A stretch of DNA of 50,839 nt, taken from the IMG/VR virus record IMGVR_UViG_3300044796_000596; one strand, given 5' to 3'. The position numbers and the translations under genes were made by a program. Shown piece by piece: positions 46,691 to 50,839 of this stretch. Position 1 is the first letter of the stretch. The number at the start of each line of letters is the position of its first letter. Below the pieces are notes generated by a model. That model did no database searches. It was not told the origin of the DNA and saw only the letters and a program-made list of their open reading frames with translations. This DNA comes from an uncultured virus (IMG/VR IMGVR_UViG_3300044796_000596). Its lineage: Duplodnaviria > Heunggongvirae > Uroviricota > Caudoviricetes.

Positions 46691-47524
46691 ATGGCTGCCA
46701 AGAAGACCGCGAAGAAGACGACCAAGAAGTCCGCCAAGAAGAAGCCCCGCTCGGCGGCTCAGAAGGCGTGGGCGAAGAAGCTCGGCCAGATGAGCAAGGC
46801 GCGCGCCGGCAAGAAGAAGCCCGCGAAGAAGCGCGCAGCGGCGAAGAAGCATGCAGCGGCGAAGAAGCCCGCGAAGCGCTCGGCGGCTCAGAAGGCGTGG
46901 GCGACGAAGCTCGGCGAGATGAGCAAGGCGCGCGCGGGCAAGACCGCGAAGCACACGCCGAAGCACACGGCGAAGAAGACGCCGAAGCACACGGCGAAGA
47001 AGACGGCGCGGAAGGCCGCGAAGAAGACGGCCGCGAAGCACACGCCGGAGAAGACGGCTGCCGCCAAGCGCTACGTCGTGATGGCCGAGGCACACTTCAA
47101 GAAGCTCGAGAAGTCGAGCGGCCTGAAGGTGTACATCGCCGCGCGCCAAATCGTGGATGGCCAAGCACAGGTGACGGTGAGCGAGGCCGACTACGAGCGC
47201 ATGGCACGCAAGCCGGCGAAGCCGGCGAAGGCTGCGAAGAAGACGGCGAAGAAGACGGCGAAGACGGCGAAGAAGCCGGCGAAGAAGGCCACGAAGGCGA
47301 AGGCGACCTCAGGTCTCCGCTTCGGGGACACGCACAGCTCGCATCACCCGGGCGCGCTGCCCTTCGGGCACTCGCACAAGGACCACCACCGCGCGGGCAA
47401 GCCGGGGGACACCTGCCACCACTGCAAGCAGACGATCAAGGGCGTCCCCGTGAGCCATCACGACAAGGGCAAGCCCTCGAAGCACTACCACACGCACCAC
47501 GCCAAGCACCACGAGGCGGCGTAG
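46691..47524 (+). CDS. Tagged protein 14: histone H1-like Lys/Ala-rich DNA-binding protein
   Basis: AKKTAKK repeats, RSAAQKAWA.KLG.MSKARAGK twice, C-terminal tag. Confidence 0.8.
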   Translation: MAAKKTAKKTTKKSAKKKPRSAAQKAWAKKLGQMSKARAGKKKPAKKRAAAKKHAAAKKPAKRSAAQKAWATKLGEMSKARAGKTAKHTPKHTAKKTPKHTAKKTARKAAKKTAAKHTPEKTAAAKRYVVMAEAHFKKLEKSSGLKVYIAARQIVDGQAQVTVSEADYERMARKPAKPAKAAKKTAKKTAKTAKKPAKKATKAKATSGLRFGDTHSSHHPGALPFGHSHKDHHRAGKPGDTCHHCKQTIKGVPVSHHDKGKPSKHYHTHHAKHHEAA

Positions 47525-47638
47525 CTCCCGATCGGATCAAGGGACCGCGTCGAGGCTCGGAACAGGCCGAGCCTCGACGACGGCACGCAGCCCCTCGACG
47601 ACGGCCGGGACAAGCCGACATCCCCGCCGCCCCGTTTG

Positions 47639-48019
47639 CTAGAGCAACGCCGCCAGCCACGCGACGAGGTCGTCGGTGCGCTCTCCTGCCTCTGCGCGCT
47701 TCTGGAGCGTCAACATCGCGTCCTGCACGGTCGCGTTGGAAATGGCTGTCTTACCGCCGTTCGAGAGCAGAAAAGCGAGCATCGCGGCCCCGCCCGTGCG
47801 CTTGTTCCCGTCCATGAACACGTGCCCCTGCACGATGTAGACGGCGTAGGCCGCCGCGAGTTCCTTGAGCGTCTCGTAGTAGGAGTTCTTGACGGCCTGC
47901 ACGGCGGCCTCCGTGCCTTGGTCGTCGGCGCCGCGGTGCCCACCGCCCTCCTCACCGCCCCATCGCTGGAGCAGATCGTCGTGCATGCGCAGCACTTGCG
48001 CGGCGGACAGGTACATCAT
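47639..48019 (-). CDS. doc: Fic/Doc family toxin
   Basis: HVFMDGNKRTG Fic motif; 126 aa. Confidence 0.9.
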   Translation of the reverse strand: MMYLSAAQVLRMHDDLLQRWGGEEGGGHRGADDQGTEAAVQAVKNSYYETLKELAAAYAVYIVQGHVFMDGNKRTGGAAMLAFLLSNGGKTAISNATVQDAMLTLQKRAEAGERTDDLVAWLAALL

Positions 48020-48264
48020 CGCTCGCGGTCGTGCTTCGCGAGCCCCTCGAACGCAGGCCCGTACCGGCGCAGCACCGTCGCGAGCGCGCGGTTGAACGTG
48101 GCATCGGGGATGGTGTCGTCCGTAGGCTCCACGACCATCTGCCGACCGACGAGCGAGAGACGCACGTCGCTGCCCGCCGTGACGCCCATCGCTTCCGCCA
48201 GGTCCCTCGGGATGAGAATGCCCAGGCTCCCGCCGACCTTCACCACGCTTCGGTTGAGGTTCAT
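48016..48264 (-). CDS. AbrB/MazE-type antitoxin
   Basis: KVGGSLGILIPRDL motif; ATGA coupling to the toxin. Confidence 0.9.
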   Translation of the reverse strand: MNLNRSVVKVGGSLGILIPRDLAEAMGVTAGSDVRLSLVGRQMVVEPTDDTIPDATFNRALATVLRRYGPAFEGLAKHDRER

Positions 48265-48270
48265 GCGGGA

Positions 48271-48298
48271 GTTATACGTGCGTAAAGCTGCATGTCAA
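48271..48298 (-). promoter_or_regulatory. Sigma70-type promoter of the AbrB-Doc operon (leaderless)
   Basis: TTGACA (48298-48293), 16-nt spacer, TATAAC (48276-48271), 6 nt before the ATG. Confidence 0.6.
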
Positions 48299-48339
48299 GC
48301 GGTCGGGCGAGCGCCGTCGCGTTCGCTTCTGTGGCGCCT

Positions 48340-48525
48340 CGTCCTCGGTGGACGTTACGCGGTCCGTTACGCGTTTGACCCACACGTCTTCGATCTCGAT
48401 GGCAACCGTTCGCCGGTTCGAGGCGATTGCCGCGACTGCCGTGGCGCCAGAACCTGCGAAGCAATCCAGCACAATGTCGCCAGGGTAGGTCGACGCCTCG
48501 ATCGCGTGGCGAAGCAACCCGCGTT
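48340..48525 (-). pseudogene. C-terminal fragment of an N6/N4 DNA methyltransferase
   Basis: IEASTYPGDIVLDCFAGSGATAVAA...AIEI SAM-binding motif; no DPPY-containing N-terminal part. Confidence 0.7.
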
Positions 48526-48594
48526 GCTCGCGCCGGTCTTTTGCGCCTCGCGGAGTCCCAACATCAACAGCCAGGTTGAAAGACCAGCCCCAGC

Positions 48595-48895
48595 CCGCGT
48601 CGCCGCCGTCAACAGACGCCGGGCAGCAGGGCGACTCCTCGCAGTTGAAGGCAAGCGGCGCCGCTACCGCTACCCCGCGTGGCAGGTAGTGGAAGGCGTC
48701 CCGCTCGCGGGGCTGGAAGAGATCCTGGGGATCCTCACCGAGCGCCCGCACGCGCCCATCACGAAAATCTCCTTCTTTTTGTCGGGGAACGTGCGCCTCG
48801 GCGGAGAGCGGCCGCTCGATCGGCTGCGGCGTGGTGGCGAGATGGAGTCGGTGCGCAGAGCAGCGCGTTTGCTCGGCGAACAGGGCGGGGCGTGA
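48595..48895 (+). pseudogene. Fragment of an Xre/MbcA/ParS-like antitoxin-type protein
   Basis: YRYPAWQ...LGGERPLDRLRRG pattern; no clear start; no RES toxin follows. Confidence 0.45.
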
Positions 48896-48900
48896 AGACG

Positions 48901-49068
48901 ATGGACGAGGAGCGATCCATGATGAACCTGTTCCACGAGATGTTCCGGGGCTTCGGTGGGCTCAGCCTCGTGAGCCTCGGCGCCATTGCGCTCGGCGAGC
49001 TGATGCTCCTCGTCGAGACGTCCGTGCGCGACCTCCTGCGCAAGTGCTCCGATCGAGGCGCGCGATGA
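48901..49068 (+). CDS. Small hydrophobic hypothetical protein
   Basis: One TM-like segment. Confidence 0.35.
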   Translation: MDEERSMMNLFHEMFRGFGGLSLVSLGAIALGELMLLVETSVRDLLRKCSDRGAR

Positions 49069-49350
49069 GGTCTGCGTGACGAGGCTCTCGGTTCCTGGCA
49101 GACCCGATTCTCAGGCCGGCCAGGGAGCCGCCGCTACATCACGAGTTCAACAGCCGACGGGGCATCCCCGGTAGAGCAGGAGCCGATGGTTCTCGGGTGG
49201 CGACGCAGCGGGCGGAGCGCTCGCTTGTACGCGGCGCTCGTGGGGGTGTCGGCGGGCTCGCTGTATCGGTGGTCGTCGCTCCTCAGCGCATCGAGCGCGG
49301 AGCGGCCGGGCCTCGTCGAGGTCGTAGCGTCGGAGTCGGACTCGGTGCGG

Positions 49351-50127
49351 CTACGCTGCTTCCGCTGTCCTCTCAGCGGCGTCCACGATCGCCTCGGCCG
49401 TACCTGTTCTCGATCGAGCGACGATCGCGGCTCGTCCGACGAACTCTCGGGCGTTCTTCATGTCGTTCGCAACGTTCGGCCTCGCAACGAAGATCAAAGG
49501 CACGTCGGTGTCGAGCATCCACCCCATCGCTCGCTGCATGGCGCGGTCGTGGGTGTTGTCGTCGAGGAACGCGAGCGCCGCCTGGCGACCCTTTCGCGTC
49601 AGCAGTGCGCGCGCAGTCCAGCCCGTGTACTTCTGACCGCGGATCGCCGCGTACTCCTGCATCTCCCACTCGCGCCGGCCGGCGATCGATCCTACGTCGC
49701 GGACGATGTTGTTCACGTGCTCGGTGTCGGTGTCGCGCTCAGTCAGCCAGAGGCGCCAGCCATCGATCGCGATGGACGCGGCAGCAATGCGTCGTGCCAC
49801 GTCGGGGAAGGCAGACGGCTCCGCGGGACACACGATCGAGCGTGTGTTCTTGTCCCAGGCGACGCCGTAGCTGTGGCAGATGGTTTCGAGCTTGTCTTGA
49901 ACGCTGCGCGTCGGCGTTGTTCCGACGTAGCCCTCGATCCAGAGATCGGACCATGTCTCTCCACCATCGGAGATGTCCAACGTGGTCGTCCCCGTCTCGC
50001 GAACCGTAGCGCCGACCTGGCGGCCGTCCGCGGTGAACACCCCGATGCCAACCGCACCGATCCCGACCTCCACATCGCGTGCGAGGCTTTCCCCCAAGGC
50101 TTGTCGCAGTCGGTCGAGGAGGTTCAT
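49351..50127 (-). CDS. DUF1828-like protein
   Basis: ISDGGET..DL motif; ATGA overlap with the upstream gene. Confidence 0.5.
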   Translation of the reverse strand: MNLLDRLRQALGESLARDVEVGIGAVGIGVFTADGRQVGATVRETGTTTLDISDGGETWSDLWIEGYVGTTPTRSVQDKLETICHSYGVAWDKNTRSIVCPAEPSAFPDVARRIAAASIAIDGWRLWLTERDTDTEHVNNIVRDVGSIAGRREWEMQEYAAIRGQKYTGWTARALLTRKGRQAALAFLDDNTHDRAMQRAMGWMLDTDVPLIFVARPNVANDMKNAREFVGRAAIVARSRTGTAEAIVDAAERTAEAA

Positions 50128-50612
50128 CGCCCGCGCCTTCGCGACAGCAGCGTGCGCTCCTCGGGCGCGAACCGGAGGTGCCAAAACTTACAGACCACAG
50201 CGAGCACCGCTCGGTCGACCTGCGCTTGGTCGCCGGTTCCCACGGCCCGCGCGAGAGAAGGGAGTTCTGCGGTGAACTTGTCCTTCAGCGCGACGAACGG
50301 TGGGTACACGTCCCAGTGGTACCCCGGCGGTATTAGCTTCGACCCGCTGCGGGAGATGTTCCGGTGGTAGTCGAGTCCCATGACCAGTGCGCCGTTCACG
50401 TGGAGCACCGCCCGGAGCATCCCGTCGCGCCGTTCGCGGTACAGCGCGAGCCGCCATCTGTTCTTCCCGAGCTTGTTTCCCCAGCCGCCACGTTCGCTCC
50501 CCTGACTCTGCGATTCGTTGAGCACGGCGCTCGGTGGGGAGCCAACGTGCTTGGGCGTCGCGACCACGGCCCACGCGTCCGCGCCAGTCGGTGGTGCCTT
50601 CCGCTTCCCCAC
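50124..50612 (-). CDS. Hypothetical partner of the DUF1828-like gene
   Basis: Translationally coupled; LDYH.N...HWDVY motif; start uncertain. Confidence 0.5.
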   Translation of the reverse strand: MGKRKAPPTGADAWAVVATPKHVGSPPSAVLNESQSQGSERGGWGNKLGKNRWRLALYRERRDGMLRAVLHVNGALVMGLDYHRNISRSGSKLIPPGYHWDVYPPFVALKDKFTAELPSLARAVGTGDQAQVDRAVLAVVCKFWHLRFAPEERTLLSRRRGR

Positions 50613-50839
50613 GGGGTGAAAGTACGGCCGGCAGCCATGTACGGCCCAATTTGTGCGGAAATCTCGTGCACCGTGGGAGCTTGACAGACTACTGCGACGA
50701 CGTCCAGTGTCGGATCTTGATTTTGGGCGTCGCGCGCGTAGATTGGACGAATGACGTCGGGCGAGCACGCGCGCCTTTTCTATTTCCTGGACGCCCTAGG
50801 CGGCGCGCCTGACCAGTTCTCCGGGCTGCTCCGCATGGA

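Larger units (their letters stand above)
1..47530. mobile_element. Putative tailless, membrane-containing provirus or virus-like element; left end probably outside the window
   Basis: No housekeeping genes. Contains candidate capsid paralogs, spike-like families, TM-anchored murein hydrolases, basic DNA-binding proteins, a RecA-fold ATPase and regulators, with TA modules inside and beside it. No att sites or integrase seen. Confidence 0.55.

Noticed and set aside
36236..47524. Tag repeats as a CRISPR array or integron attC sites
   Set aside because: The repeats are in-frame coding with synonymous variation, irregularly spaced and not palindromic. No Cas or IntI gene.
1..50839. tRNA, rRNA, IS transposase or att sites
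   Set aside because: None recognised.

Overview
This is a very GC-rich window. A Cys/Ser-rich lipoprotein suggests a myxobacterial host, but that is inference. About 1-47.5 kb reads as one virus-like element, mostly on the + strand. I saw no terminase, portal, HK97 capsid, tail, integrase or FtsK/A32 packaging ATPase. (1) Regulation/replication: a RadA/Sms-like ATPase and a small HTH gene, divergent from the structural genes. (2) Envelope-targeting proteins: a ~4260-aa modular protein (7 LysM-like, 3 SH3-like, 3 beta-sandwich and PG-binding-like modules, C-terminal TM) and a 1431-aa multi-hydrolase (SGNH, 2 M15-like peptidases, SpoIID). Modules in both are bordered by recurring [DE]-[TAS]-G motifs, as in a cleavable polyprotein. 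(3) Structural candidates: two paralogous beta-rich proteins (possible jelly-roll capsid proteins), four proteins with a shared N-terminal anchor and different C-termini, and a dual-specificity phosphatase. (4) The most striking feature, 36.2-47.5 kb: an array in which 14 otherwise largely unrelated proteins carry the same half-LIM-like CxxC...HxxH/His-rich zinc-finger tag, with DNA duplications that begin or end in the tag. A vapBC pair, the lipoprotein and a BldC-like gene interrupt the structural block. An AbrB-Doc TA pair, gene remnants and a DUF1828-like pair lie at the right end. All family calls come from motif recognition by eye; no searches were run.
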